This document shows, one piece after another, positions 48,480 through 62,196 of a stretch of 64,000 nucleotides of DNA. The first letter of the stretch is position 1. Each line of letters starts with the position of its first letter. Position numbers and translations under genes: made by a program. A model generated the notes under the pieces. It worked only from the letters and a program-made list of their open reading frames with translations, made no database searches and was not told the origin of the DNA. This DNA comes from Antedon mediterranea (Eukaryota > Animalia > Echinodermata), in NCBI RefSeq assembly GCF_964355755.1, contig NC_092673.1:14852948-14916947 (forward strand). Reading direction: 5' to 3'.

Positions 48480-51400
48480 ATGATATTTATTCACCTTAAT
48501 GTTAGAAGTTTACGTAACAAAATCGATCAAATTCGAGATATTGCAAAAATACGAACGCATCAGTCATTGCAATAAGTGAGACGTGGCTCGATGATTCAAT
48601 CAATGATGCTGAAATAAAAATTGAAAATTTCTCAATAGAAAGGAAAGACAGAAATGGAAAAGGGGGTGGAGTGTGTTTATATATACGCAATACTATTTCA
48701 TACTCAGTCAGAAATGATTTGGACAGCGAGGATATCGAATGCAAATGGATTGATATAATTTTGCCAAAGTCGAAGCCAATTTTAACCGGTGTTTGCTATC
48801 GCCCACCAAAACAAGGTACATTTTTTAACTGTTTAGAAAACCTGCTTATGACTGTTGGAAACTTCATTGCTCAAGAAATTATTATTCTTGGAGACTTTAA
48901 TGTAAATGTTTTAAATTGTAATCGTAACAACTATGAGTCGGTGACTAACTTCTGTAATATTTTCGGTCTTGAACAACTTATCACTGAACCAACTAGGATC
49001 AGTGATAACAATAGCTCAGCAATAGATTTGATCTTTGCCAGTGATCCTTTAAAAATTAAGGCCAGTGGAGTAATTCCTATTGGACTAAGTGATCACTTTT
49101 TAACGTTTTGTAGACGAAAACGGACTAATATCATTTCTGGCATACACAGAACAATTGATGTTAGATCAATGAAAAATTACAGTTCTGATTCACTGACTCA
49201 TATGCTTAATAGTATTGACTGGTCAGATTGTATTAGTTTAACTTGTGTTCAATCTTCATGGGATACATTTAAAGATAAGTTTCTGCGTATAATTGATTTA
49301 ATTGCTCCTAAAAAAAAAGTTAGGGTTAAAGTAAAAGATCAACCATGGTTTGACTCCGAATTAAGAGATCTTATTAGGCAAAGAGACAAAATGTTAATTA
49401 GATATCGTAGTACAAAGGATGTGATGCATCTCAAAGGTTTTAGAAAACTCCGAAATAGTGTAAATTATAAAATTAAAAAAGCTAAAGTAAATTTTTATTC
49501 TGAACAACTTCAAGAAAATAAATACAAACCAAAACAATTATGGAAAGTTCTTAAAGGTCTTGGAACCTCTAAATCAAATAATAATGAAAAGAAACAGGTT
49601 TGTCTTGAGATCAACAATGAATATGTTCATGATAAGAAAGAAGTTGCTGAAGAGTTTAATTCGTACTTCACCAACGTTGCTGGAGAGCTAGTAAACAAAC
49701 TTGACCCTCCTAGTAATACTTATAACTTGGAACATGTCAATGTCTTTTACAGTAGCAAAGGTGTCTTTCCTAATGATTTTTCTTTCATAGAATTATCTGA
49801 AGATAATGTTCTTAAAGCTTTGACACAATTATCGACGAGTAAAGCTACCGGAATAGATACTCTACCAGCCAAATTCTTCAAAGATGGGGCTTCTGCAATA
49901 GCAAAACCATTAACTCATATTATTAAGTTGTCCTTCACATCCGGTATTGTACCCAAAGAATGGAAATTAGCGAGAGTCATCCCAATTCACAAAAAGGGTA
50001 GTAAAATGGTGGTAGGTAACTATCGTCCGGTGTCTATACTCTCGGCTTTTTCTAAAGTTGTTGAAAGACTAGTACATGACCAATTGATGGAATACCTTAA
50101 TTCTAAATCACTTATCTATGATTTCCAATGTGGGTTCCGAGCAAATTTTTCGACAGATCTTTGTTTAATTCACCTAACTGACCATATTAAAAAGAATTGG
50201 GATAAAGGTAATTTAACAGGTATGATAGTCTTAGACCTACAAAAGGCTTTCGATACTGTAGACCATCAGATTTTACTAGGCAAAATGAGAGCATTAGGAT
50301 TGTCCCAAACAGTAATAGGTTGGTTTAAATCATATTTAACAGATAGATGGCAGGTAGTTGATAATTGTGGTACTCTTTCAACGTGGAAAAAAATAACATG
50401 TGGGGTCCCTCAGGGGTCAATATTGGGCCCACTGTTGTTCTTAATGTATGTGAATGATATGGAATCTGCATTGAGTTGTAAACTGCTCCTTTATGCCGAT
50501 GATTCAGCTATAGTTGTATCTGATAAAAGTGTCGCCAATATACAAAATGTATTGTCAAAAGAATTAAAATCTATTAATTCTTGGTTATTAGATAATAGAT
50601 TGTCATTGCATCTAGGCAAAACGTATTCAATTCTATTTGGATCTAAACGTAAACTCAGAAATCAACAAGAATTGAAAGTTACATGCAATGATTATATAAT
50701 CACAAACAAACCTACAGTAAGTTATCTAGGACTTGAACTCGATAACAATCTAACTGGAGATTATATAGGTAAATCAGTTATAAAGAAAGTAAACTCAAGG
50801 GTAAAATTTTTATATAGAAATAGAAAGTACTTAACTTTCAGAGATCTTAAGTTACTAGCAAATAGTTTGGTGTTATGCCTTTATGATTATGCTTGTAGCG
50901 TGTGGTACTCTGGATTAAAAAAAACATTAAAAGTTAAATTGCAAACTGCACAAAATAAGACGGTCAGATGTATTCTTGGTCTTGAACCAAGAGATCACAT
51001 TGGGGCTAATGAATTAAACAAACTGAATTGGCTCCCAGTAGACTTAAGAGTTAAACAGATAAAACTTTGTCACATGTATCGTATTATTAATGGATTAAGC
51101 CCTACGTTTATGAATGATGGTATTAGTAGAGCAAATGTAATTCACCAGTACAATACTAGATTTGCAACTCAATCAATTTATAGACCATATATAGGTAACC
51201 ACTCCCAAACAACCTTTGTTAACACGGCAATAACGTCATGGAATCACCTGCCAAAATTGATACAGTGTTCAGAAACCATCAATCAATTCAAAAGAAATAT
51301 CAGGAAACATCTCAAAGAGGTTATGCTTGAAAGATTATAATTTATATTTATATTGTTACTACATGTGTTATTGTTTATTGTAAATGTTTATTCTTATGGT

Positions 51401-51536
51401 GTTTTTATCCTTAAGGGCCACAATGGAAATAAGTTTGACCTTTGGTTACTTTTTTGTGTTACCCTGAATTCATTCTTTGTATTTTGTTTTATGTTGTGTT
51501 TTTTTATGAATTCGAATAAAGAAATGAAATGAAATG
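48480..51536 (+). mobile_element. CR1/L2-group (Crack/Daphne-like) LINE, near-intact APE+RT ORF
   Basis: ATG at 48480 (IHLNVRSL), 1-nt shift at the A5 run ~48545, then SETWL..GDFN..SDH, LDLQKAFDTVDH, GVPQGS, YADD to the stop at 51340; AATAAA + (GAAAT)n tail. Confidence 0.92.
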
Positions 51537-52185
51537 TAGAGACAGCTGAACGAAAACATTATGAAAGGGGTTTTGTTTTTTCAGTTCATAATTATAAGTG
51601 GCCGCACCCCTACCACAACCCTTAAAATGGCAATTTCCGATAACTTGGAAGCTCTAATTTTAAAAAGAAATTCTTCTAGAGAATTTGTTTTCCATATTAG
51701 GCCTATTTCAAATTATGTTCCATTTGCATCGTCGTAGCAACCCTATTTTCCCAAATGTTCTTCACCTCTCAGCCCCAGTAGTGACCATAGTGTGCGAGGT
51801 AATTTTTATTTCAAATTAAGTGCCATTTCCGCCCATCGAGCAGCTCTATTTTTCCATTTTTTTTTTTACCACAGCCCCAACCATGGTGGGGCTGAGGTCC
51901 TGGAGACACTTAATATATATTTTTATTTCCTATTTTAAATTTTAATTGCCATTTTCAAAACTATAATGGGCTAAGATCCTGAAGGTACTAATAAATATAT
52001 TTTTATTTCATATTTGAAATTAAGTGCCATTTCCGGCCATCAGCATTTTCCCCAAATTTTCTTATCAACCATGGTGGGGCTGAGGTCCTGGAGACACAAT
52101 TAATAAATATATATTTTCATTTCCTATTTTAAATTATAATTGCCATTTTCTAATTATGGTGGGTTAAGATCCTTTCATATTTGAA

Positions 52186-54590
52186 ATTCAATTCAATTCA
52201 ATTCAACGTAAACATTTATTTTCTTTCTTTCAATCAATAATAAAACAAATGAATAAGGTATTAAAAAAAAGTAAGTACGAGTTACAAATAATACATTTCA
52301 TTAATATAATATATAAACACGACAGGCAAAGAACATTAGTTCTAAACCGCCCGGTGATATACTGAAATTTTAATTAATTAATTTGAAACGATAAAGATGA
52401 GGAAATATAATATAAATATATAGCCTATATAGACTATTTTTAGTTACACACATATATAAATATACATATTTATATATATAAACAAATCAGGCAAAGAACA
52501 TTAACATTAATTTAATTATTTTATCTATTTATATATATATGTATATATGTACACACACACATATATGTATATATATATATATATATACATACACATACAC
52601 ACATATACATATATACATACATACATACACACAAACTCATAAGACAATAGACATTAATTCTAAACAGCCCGGCGATATACTGAAATGTTAATTAATTAAT
52701 TTGAAACGATAAAGATGAGGAAATATAATATAAATATATAGCCTATATAGACTATTTTCAGTTACATATATATATATAAATATACAATATTTATATATAA
52801 ACAAATCAGGCAAAGAACATATAAATATATATATACAAATATATATAAATCCAAAGGCAAATTACAGAAAAAATGACAATGCTGTGGGTATCAGTGGCTG
52901 GATCTCAATGGAGATACAAAAAAAGCGAAAAACTAAATCAAAACGATAAAGTAAACAGCCAGAAAAGTAAGCAGAGCTATATACATACACACACATACAT
53001 ATATACAAATCAATTGTGTTGCATAGCACTGTGTAAATTATATATAAATAAATAAATAATTTAATTTTTTTTAATATATTGATAGCATCAAATAATACCT
53101 TATATAAAAAGAACAGCAACATGTGGAAAAAAAGATGGCAATCCACGAAAGGCAAGCCTGTGATGTGGAAGCCCACACAATGAAGTAATAAATAAGTTAG
53201 ACAGAACAACAAACACACAGGTACAGAACAAACTTACAGGACACGAATCACAACACAAACAGACATCAACAAACAGAACATGCACAGACACACCCGAACA
53301 CACATCACCAGGGGAAAACATTAATATTTAGAAATGAGGAAAGATTTGAATGTTTTATTAAATAAAAATTTAGTAGCCGAATGTTTAATTTGAAAAGGAA
53401 TTTTATTCCAATTCATGGGACCAGTATATCTGATTGAATGTTTAAAGGCAGTGAGTCTTGGTTTTGGCAAATGTAGGTCTTGTGCAATACGAGTATTATA
53501 ATTATGAACTTCGTGATTAAATTTGAAAAGATGAGATGAAGGAGAATCAGCTGTCAAAGAGTCATAAATAAATGACATTTGTTGAAAAAGATTGATATCA
53601 GCTAATTTAAGAAAATTATGTACGGAAAAAATAGGGGAAGTATGAGAAAGACGATTCGAATGGGTAATAAGCCTAATGGCCTTTTTTTTGTAAAATAATA
53701 AGTCTATCAATAGATGTCTTGTAATTATTAGCCCAAACAATATTGCAATAATTTAGGTAGGGCAAAATAAGAGAGCAATATAATAAACGCAAAATTGTTA
53801 AAGGGATATAGTGAGAAAGCCTATAGATAATTCCTATATTTTTTTAAACCTTCGAAGCAACCGAATCAATATGACATTTCCATGTTAATTTAGAGTCAAG
53901 AAAAACTCCAAGAAACTGGACGGTATCAGTGAGCGGAATATTAATATTATTTAACAAAATTAAGTTATTTCCAAGAATGAAGGATTTGTTAGGACTGTGA
54001 AAAATAATAGCACTGCATTTTTTAAAGTTTACCGAAAGTTTATTAGCTGAAAAATATTTTAAAACAGACTTAAGTTCGTTGTTAACAACATCAAATAGTG
54101 TATTAATGTCACTATGCGAATATAAAATAGTGGTGTCATCAGCATATAAGAAAGACGAGAGAATGGAGGAATTATAAAAATCATTAATATATATTATGAA
54201 TAATAGAGGGCCAAGCAATGACCCTTGTGGAACGCCACACGAGATGGATCGGAAATCCGATGTATTATTATTGAATTTTTTGCACTGAGTGCGGTCAAGA
54301 AGATAGCTCTTGAATAAATCAAGTGAAATCCCTCTAACGCCATAGTGAGAAAGCTTAGATAACAAGATGTTGTGGTCAATGGTGTCAAAAGCTTTCGATA
54401 AATCAATCAAAATTCCCATGGATAATTTATTTTCTTCAAAAGAATCTAAAATATAGTTAGTCAGCTCAATAAGTGCCATTGAGGTGGAGTAGCCTTTTCT
54501 AAATCCAAACTGATGCTGAAAGAAGAGGACATTATTCTTTTGAAGAAAGGAATAAGTTCGATCATATAATGCGTTCAAATAATTTCGAAA
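52186..54590 (-). mobile_element. 5'-truncated, frameshifted CR1/L2-group LINE
   Basis: IDLSKAFDTIDH, GVPQGS, YADD in fragments 53844-54632 and 53321-53740; long 3' UTR; AATAAA + (TGAAT)n tail. Confidence 0.85.
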
Positions 54591-55587
54591 AAATAGGGGG
54601 TGGTGGGGGACGTGGGTTGGTGTTGGTTTCATTTGAAATTTGGGGTTTTACAAACGTTTATAAGACATACAACCGTTGGTGGCGCTGTTTAGGGCCACAT
54701 TTTGGAGATCTGGCATTATTTTTCCCAATCTGGCATTATTTGAGACAGGATACGGCATAATTTAAATTTTATCGCTGGCAACGCTGCCCTTGGCACTATA
54801 GGACGAATAGTCTTTTTTCCAGCTGCTAAAAGGTAGTTTTAGTCTTCCCATCATGCATGTCGAGTTTTCCATATTTTTCCTCAGAAGTGCATTCGTTTTT
54901 TGTAACATTAAACTGGAGTTTTACGTAAATTTATAACTTTAAATAGTTTGATTTTAAATCCTGAGTAAAGATTATTAGGTTAGAAATATTCTGGTGTTAC
55001 AATTTGCATTATGTGTTTATTTGGAAATAAATAATATCAACATTTTAATAATTTTATTAACTCGTAAGAACGTGCTGCCAAATTAAGTGACCTAGCCTTG
55101 TGCGATACAGACCACGCGCACCTCATTTGGCAATGTCACTTCATTTGGCGTTACAGGGCCTGTCACGCCAAACCGGATCGATTTTGGTCGCCAAAACTGG
55201 TCCGGTCGGATCGATTTTGGCGTTGAACAGCCGCTAAAACAGGTCCGGCTAGGCCAAAACTGGTCCGGCCTTTAAAATCGCTTATTTATTCTTTAAAATG
55301 TGTCAAGAAGCCTGCAAACAGTTCAAATGGTTAAAGTAAACTATGCTTAAAGTAAATATACTAAATATTACCGTACAAACGAAAAGAAATTTTCGAAACA
55401 CTAATTAAAGTAACTCTAATCGGATTTTGGGATATTCTATTGTTCAGTTCGTTTGAAACTAATAGCGCCCTCTAGTAATTTTATATTATGTCCAAAGATC
55501 TTATAAGTATATAAGATCTTTGTTATGTCTTAGATATTATGTACAAACTGAATACGTCTTGGTCGTATTCAATAATGAAAATATAAA

Positions 55588-56489
55588 CCCTAAAAACATG
55601 GAAGAAAAGACACCTCACTTTTTTTGGAAGAATTACTATTGTAAAAACATTAGCGCTCTCAAAAATTATATACAATTCCAGCATTTTGCTAGTACCAGAA
55701 AAAGTAATAAAAGAGATGGATAAATTAATTTTTAAATTCATTTGGGAAACTAAGAAAGAGAAAATAAAAAGAAAAACCATGTGTGCCAATTACAGTCAAG
55801 GTGGTCTAAAAATGGTAGAATTCAGATCTCAGGTAATATCTTTTCCAAGTTAAATGGTACAGGAGACTGTATGAAAACGATGATGCCAAATGGAAATATT
55901 TACCTACATTTTATATAGAAAAAATAGGCCCAAAATCATTAACCTCAAATTTATCAAAAGTTCCGTGTAATATATCCGTACCACCATTTTACCTCTCAGT
56001 TATTAAGTCTATAGCAGTAGCTAATGCTTGTAATAATAGATTAAATAAGGAACCAATAAGCTATGATGACATTATTAATCAATCATTATGGGGTAATGAG
56101 TTTATATGTATTAAAAAGAAGCCGTTATATAACTGTAACTGGATTAGATCAGGGTTTTTAAAAATATATGATGTAATAAATAATATGTGTTTAAGCCTGC
56201 GATAGAGATAAAAAGAAGGTTAAGATGTACACAAAATTGGATCAGTGAATATTCATGTATATTGAAAGCCATTCCAAAAGAATGGAAATGTATTTTAAAA
56301 TCAACACATGACATTAATGTAAATGATATACCTATTACAAACAATAAGGTCTTAAATATGACGTCTAGACAATTATACAGATTCATAATAGATGCTCAAT
56401 ATATTACACCTACGGAACAGGTTAAGTGGGAATCCATATTTGGTAATATGCCATGGACAAAAATATGGGTTAAGAAAGTTTCTGGTCTT
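55588..56489 (+). pseudogene. Internal duplicate of the Tx1 ORF2 segment at ~31571-32472
   Basis: Near base-for-base match with a few indels; no tail or TSD. Confidence 0.9.
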
Positions 56490-57266
56490 GAAAGCATTCA
56501 ATATTTGAAACAACTAATTAATGAACATTTATCTAACTTCAAAGTGTTATTTCCAGATGTAAATATTACACCAAAACAACATTATCTTATCCATATTCCT
56601 TCCGCAATAAAAGCTTTAGGACCAATGGTTCGTTCATCTTGTTTCAGTTTTGAATCTGCGCATAACTATTTTAAAATAGTAGCTAGAAAACAAAATTTTA
56701 AAAATTTGACAATGTCACTGGCTAAACGACACCAATTAAACGACTGTTGTATATTTTGGGTGTAATGAACCTGCTGACTTGCACCCACTGTTTTCAAGTG
56801 AGATTGCATATGGAGTTGTAACGACACTAGATAAAGTAAGCACTGATAGCTTGCAGAATATGTTTAACGAATCAGGACTGTTACCTGGAATCAAGTTGGA
56901 AAACGTTTTCGAAACAAGTTGGCTAAAATTGTATTGCACAACCTACAAAAAGAGAGCCGTAATTGCTGTTGGAACTGTTGGAAATCCAGATAAGTTTTTG
57001 GTTTTATATCAAAAATATGGTCAATAAGTGAATACGTGTATTTTGGAGTAGATTTATTGAAATCTGTCAACTTTGATTATACCCATCAAGCCTACCTGGT
57101 TAGATTTATTGATCATTTTTCAATTTACTCAACTGAAAGGTTAGTTGACTACAACGTATTCCATGTAAAAAAGGATAGATTTGAAAATAAATATGTTCCT
57201 GTAAAGAAAGACATTGATGACATCATGGAAGAGTATGCCGAGGGAAGGAGTTATATGAACATATAA
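56490..57266 (+). pseudogene. EnSpm/CMC-type transposase C-terminal fragment
   Basis: ITPKQHYLIHIP..IKALGPM..FSFESAHNYFK..NFKNLTMSLAKRHQ; frameshifted downstream. Confidence 0.75.
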
Positions 57267-57772
57267 ACTTTTGTGTAAATTGCAACATTGTAAAAAGTAG
57301 GAATGCAATATTTTAATATTTATTTAATATTTATTTTATATTTAAAAATATTTCACACTGATTTATTTTTACTGTCATAATTGTGTACATTGAACATTTC
57401 TTTACATTGAAAATTGTGTTCATACATGATTATGTATTGTAATAATAATTTAAATTTGTAGCATATTGCATTGGTTTTTCAAGACTATTCCATAACCTAG
57501 CGCCACGGTTTGGGTTTTATTATCCAATTTTAATATCCTTTGATAGTCTATTGTATGTATCTATTTTGGGTGTAGTTATATAATATTGTGGCACTCAAGG
57601 TTTATTCAGTTTAAGTTTTGCAGGGCTTGTGTATTGGAGTCATATTTCCTTGTTTATGTAAATATTTTGGCTACTCTGTTTTGTAGCATTTGTAGTGTAT
57701 TTTTTTATTTTTGATCTGCCCCACACAATATTACAATTAGTTAAACTGTGGGGAGATAAATCTATTATACAT

Positions 57773-57896
57773 TAGAACAAGGCCAACAGCCATAAGTCGC
57801 GTGCTAAAAGGCATAGTGATACCGGACCGACAGACAGACCGACAGACCGACCAACCGACATAGTGAACTATTGAGTCGCGTCCACGCGACAAAAAA
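57773..57896 (+). mobile_element. DINE/HINE-like (Helentron-derived) short element
   Basis: (GACA/GACC)n microsatellite, hairpin GTCGCGT-CC-ACGCGAC, then an A-run. Confidence 0.55.
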
Positions 57897-58327
57897 TACA
57901 TGTTTTGGAACAAGACTTTTTTAAAAGTAGTACAAGCCTGGCAATACTTTATTTTAACATTATCTATTTGTTTATCACAAAGATTTATCTACTGTAGATT
58001 TTTAATTTTTGCAGCCGAACAGAATTGTCTATGTTTAATAATAACAATTTATTTGGAAGTTACAATTTTGAAACAGTGAATTTAGATCAAGCCTTTATTG
58101 GGTTGTTGTGTTTTATTAGGCTATGTTTTTTAATTGCTAGACATGTTTTGATAAGGATATTATGATATTAACATCTTATTTTAAGTAAAATATTTCTCAA
58201 AATAAGTATTTACAAGAATATCGTGATTCTTGATTCTCAAACTATTATATATATTTATCGCAACAATACTGGTGACAATATGAAGATTAATAAAATATCT
58301 ACTGGTTTTGTGCAATATTGTATATAT

Positions 58328-61300
58328 GGGGAACTAGCTCAGATGGTAGAGCGCTCGCTTCGCATGTGAGAGGTACAGGGATCAATGCCCGGGTTCTCCA
58401 ATAATGGTGGTTAAAGTTTATTTCCGGTACTGTCAAATTTTTTGAGATTTTAAACTATTTTATATATTTTATCGCAACAATACTGGTGACAATATGAAAA
58501 TTAATAAAATATCTACTGGTTTCGTGCAATTGTATAGAAGGGGAACTAGCTCAGATGGTAGAGCGCTCGCTTTGCACGTGAGAGGTACCGGGATCAATGC
58601 CCGGGTTCTCCAATAATGTTGGTTAAAGTTTATTTCCTGTATTGTTACATTTTTTGCTGAGATTTTTAACTATACTATATATATTTTATCGCAACAATAC
58701 TGGTGACAACATGAACAGTAACAAAATAGCTACTGGATTCGTATAATTGTATAGATGGGGAACTAGCTCAGATGGTAGAGCGCTCGCTTAGCATGTGAGA
58801 GGTACCGGGATCAATGCCCGGGTTCTCCAATAATGTTGGTTAAAGTTTATTTCAGGTACTGTCAAATTTTTTGAGATTTTAAACTAGTGTATATATTTTA
58901 TCGCAACAATACTGGTGAAAATATGAACAGTAATAAAATAGTTACTGGTTTCTTGTAATTCTACATACGGGAAACTAGCTCAGACGGTAGAGCGTTCGCT
59001 TAGCATATGAGAGGTACCGTGATCAATGCCCGGGTTCTCCAATAACGTTGGTTAAAGTTTATTTTCGGTACCGTTCCATTTTTTGAGATTTCAAACTACT
59101 GTATATATTTTATCTAAAAAATACTGGTGACAATATGAAGATTAATAAAATATCTACTGGTTTCGTGCAATTGTATATAAATTATGGGGAACTAGCTCAG
59201 ATGGTAGAGCGCTCGCTTCGCATGTGAGAGGTACCGGGATCAATGCCCGGGTTCTCAAATATGTTGGTTAAAGTGTATTATCGGTACCGTTACATTTTTT
59301 TTGATGAGATTTTTAACTAATGTATATATTTCATCGTAATAATACTGGTGACAATATGAACAGTAATAAAATAGTTACTGGTTTCTTGTAATTCTACATA
59401 CGGGGAAATAGCTCAGAGGGTAGAGCGCTCGATTAGAATGTGAGAGGTACCGGGATCAATGCCCGTGTTCTCCAATAATGTTGGTTAAAGTTTATTTCCG
59501 GTACTGTGAGATTTTAAACTACTGTATATATTTTATCGCATCAATACTGGTGACAATATGAAGATTAATAAAATATCTACTGGTTTCGTGCAATTGTATA
59601 TATTGGGAACTAGCTCAGATGGTAGAGCGCTCGCTTCGCATTTGAGAGGTACCGGAATGAATGCCCGGGTTCTCCAATAATGTTGGTTAAAGTTTGTTAT
59701 CGTTACCGTTACATTTTTTTGATGAGATTTTTAACTAATGTATATATTTCATCGTAATAATACTGGTGACAATATGAACAGTAACAAAATAGCTACTGGA
59801 TTCGTGTAATTGTATAGATGGGGAACTAGCTCAGATGGTAGAGCGCTCGCTTTGCATGAGAGAGGTACCGGGATCAATGCCCGGGTTCTCCAATAATGTT
59901 GGTTAAAGTTTATTACCGGTATTGTTACATTTTTTTGATGAGATTTTTAACTAATGTATATATTTCATCGTAATAATACTGGTGACAATATGAACAGTAA
60001 TGAAATAGTTACTGGTTTCTTGTAACTCTACATACGGGGAACTAGCTCAGATGGTAGAGCGCTCGATTAGCATGTGAGAGGTACCGGGATCAATGCCCGT
60101 GTTCTCCAACAATGTTGGTTAAAGTTTATTTCCGGTATTGTTACATTTTTTTGATGAGATTTTTAACTACTAAATATATTTTTTCGCAACAATACTGGTG
60201 ACAATATGAACAGTAACAAAATAGCTACTGGAATCGTGTAATTGTCTAGATGTGGAACTAGCTCAGATGGTAGAGCGCTCGCTTAGCATGTGAGAGGTAC
60301 CGAGATCAATGCCGGGGTTCTCCAATAATGTTGGTTAAAGTTTATTCCCGGTACTGTAAAATTGTTTGAGATTTTAAACTACTGTATATATTTTATCGCA
60401 TCAATACTGGTGAAAATATGAAGATTAATAAAATATCTACTGGTTTCGTGCAATTGTATATATGGGGAACTAGCTCAGATGGTAGAGCGCTCGCTTCGCA
60501 TTTGAGAGGTACCTGGATAAATGCCCGGGTTCTCCAATAATGTTGGTTAAAGTTTATTATCGGTACCGTTACATTTTTTTGATGAGATTTTTAAATAATG
60601 TATATATTTCATCGTAATAATACTGGTGACAATATGAACAGTAATAAAATAGTTACTGGTTTCTTGTAAATCTACATACGGGGAACTAGCTCAGATGGTA
60701 GAGCGCTCGCTTCGCATGTGAGAGGTACCGGGATCAATGCCCGGGTTCTCCAATAATGTTGGTTAAAGTTTATTATCGGTACTGTCAAATTTTTTGAGAT
60801 TTTAAACTACTGTATATATTTTATCGCATCAATACCGGTGACAATATGAAGATTAATAAAATATCTACTGGTTTCGTGCAATTGTATATATGGGGAACTA
60901 GCTCAGATGGTAGAGCGCTCGCTTTGCATGTGAGAGGTACCGGGATCAATGCTGGGGTTCTCCAATAATGTTGGTTAAAGTTTATTTTATTTTTTTAAAT
61001 TTTATTTCATCATCACCCTACAGTGACCAAACGTCACCATTAACAGGGCTGAAAGTCGTAAAATATAACATATAATATACAAGCAAAAATCAACAGATAA
61101 CAAGACAACATTTAAATATTACTGACATTAGACAAAACCTTGTGACGGAAACAAGCAAGGGAATCAAAAAAAATATCAACAGATCCATCAATTTTACATA
61201 GTGAATGGTATAACTTAGGCAAACGATTAACAAAACCATTTTTATTACCGGTACTGTTACATTTTTTTGATGAGATTTTTAACTACTAAATATATTTTAT

Positions 61301-62086
61301 CGCAACAATACTGGTGACAATATGAACAGTAACAAAATAGCTACTGGATTCGTGTAATTGTATAGATGGGGAACTAGCTCAGATGGTAGAGTGCTCGCTT
61401 AGCATGTGAGAGGTACCGGGATCAATGCCCGGGTTCTCCAATAATGTTGGTTAAAGTTTATTTCCGGTACTGTCAAATTTTTTGAGATTTTAAACTACTG
61501 TATATATTTTATCGCATCAATACTGGTGACAATATGAAGATTAATAAAATATCTACTGGTTTCGTGCAATTGTATATATTGGGAACTAGCTCAGATGGTA
61601 GAGCGCTCGCTTCGCATTTGAGAGGTACCGGGATAAATGTCCGGGTTCTCCAGTAATGTTGGTTAAAGTTTATTATCGTTACCGTTACATTTTTTTGATG
61701 AGATTTTTAACTAATGTATATATTTCATCGTAATAATACTGGTGACAATATGAACAGTAACAAAATAGCTACTGGATTCGTGTAATTGTATAGATGGGGA
61801 ACTAGCTCAGATGGTAGAGCGCTCGCTTTGCATGTGAGAGGTACCGGGATCAATGCCCGGGTTCTCCAATAATGTTGGTTAAAGTTTATTACCGGTACTG
61901 TCAAATTTTTTGAGATTTTAAACTACTGTATATATTTTATCGCATCAATACCGGTGACAATATGAAGATTAATAAAATATCTACTGGTTTCGTGCAATTG
62001 TAGGCCTATATATGGGGAACTAGCTCAGATGGTAGAGCGCTCGCTTTGCATGTGAGAGGTACCGGGATCAATGCCCGGGTTCTCCA
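58328..62086 (+). tRNA. Tandem array of 17 tRNA-Ala genes/pseudogenes (~215-bp period; 6 CGC, 5 TGC, 5 AGC, 1 AGA)
   Basis: 73-nt cloverleaf GGGGAAC..GTTCTCCA with G3:U70; starts at ~58328, 58540, 58757, 58969, 59186, 59402, 59604, 59820, 60036, 60252, 60464, 60680, 60892, 61368, 61580, 61796, 62014; downstream oligo-T runs. Confidence 0.95.
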
Positions 62087-62196
62087 ATAATGTCGGTTAA
62101 AGTTTATTACCGGTATCGTTACATTTTTTTGCTGAGATTTTTAACTAATGTATATATTTCATTGTAATAATACTGGTTACAATATGAACAGTAACA

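Larger units (their letters stand above)
48043..54786. mobile_element. hAT-type non-autonomous element carrying two nested LINEs
   Basis: TIRs CATAGTTGCCA / TGGCAACGCTG; perfect 8-bp TSD CCCTTGGC (48035, 54787); subterminal GGCATTATT repeats at both ends. Confidence 0.85.
28613..55155 (-). mobile_element. Ginger1-like DNA transposon enlarged by nested insertions
   Basis: Inverted termini TGTCACGCCAAATGAGGTACCACTGCCAAATGAGGT vs reverse complement TGTAACGCCAAATGAAGTGACATTGCCAAATGAGGT bracket a spliced Gypsy-type integrase gene with no RT or LTR of its own; TSD not conserved. Confidence 0.68.

Noticed and set aside
58328-62086. CRISPR array or SINE cluster
   Set aside because: Repeats fold as complete tRNA-Ala cloverleaves and the spacers are homologous to each other
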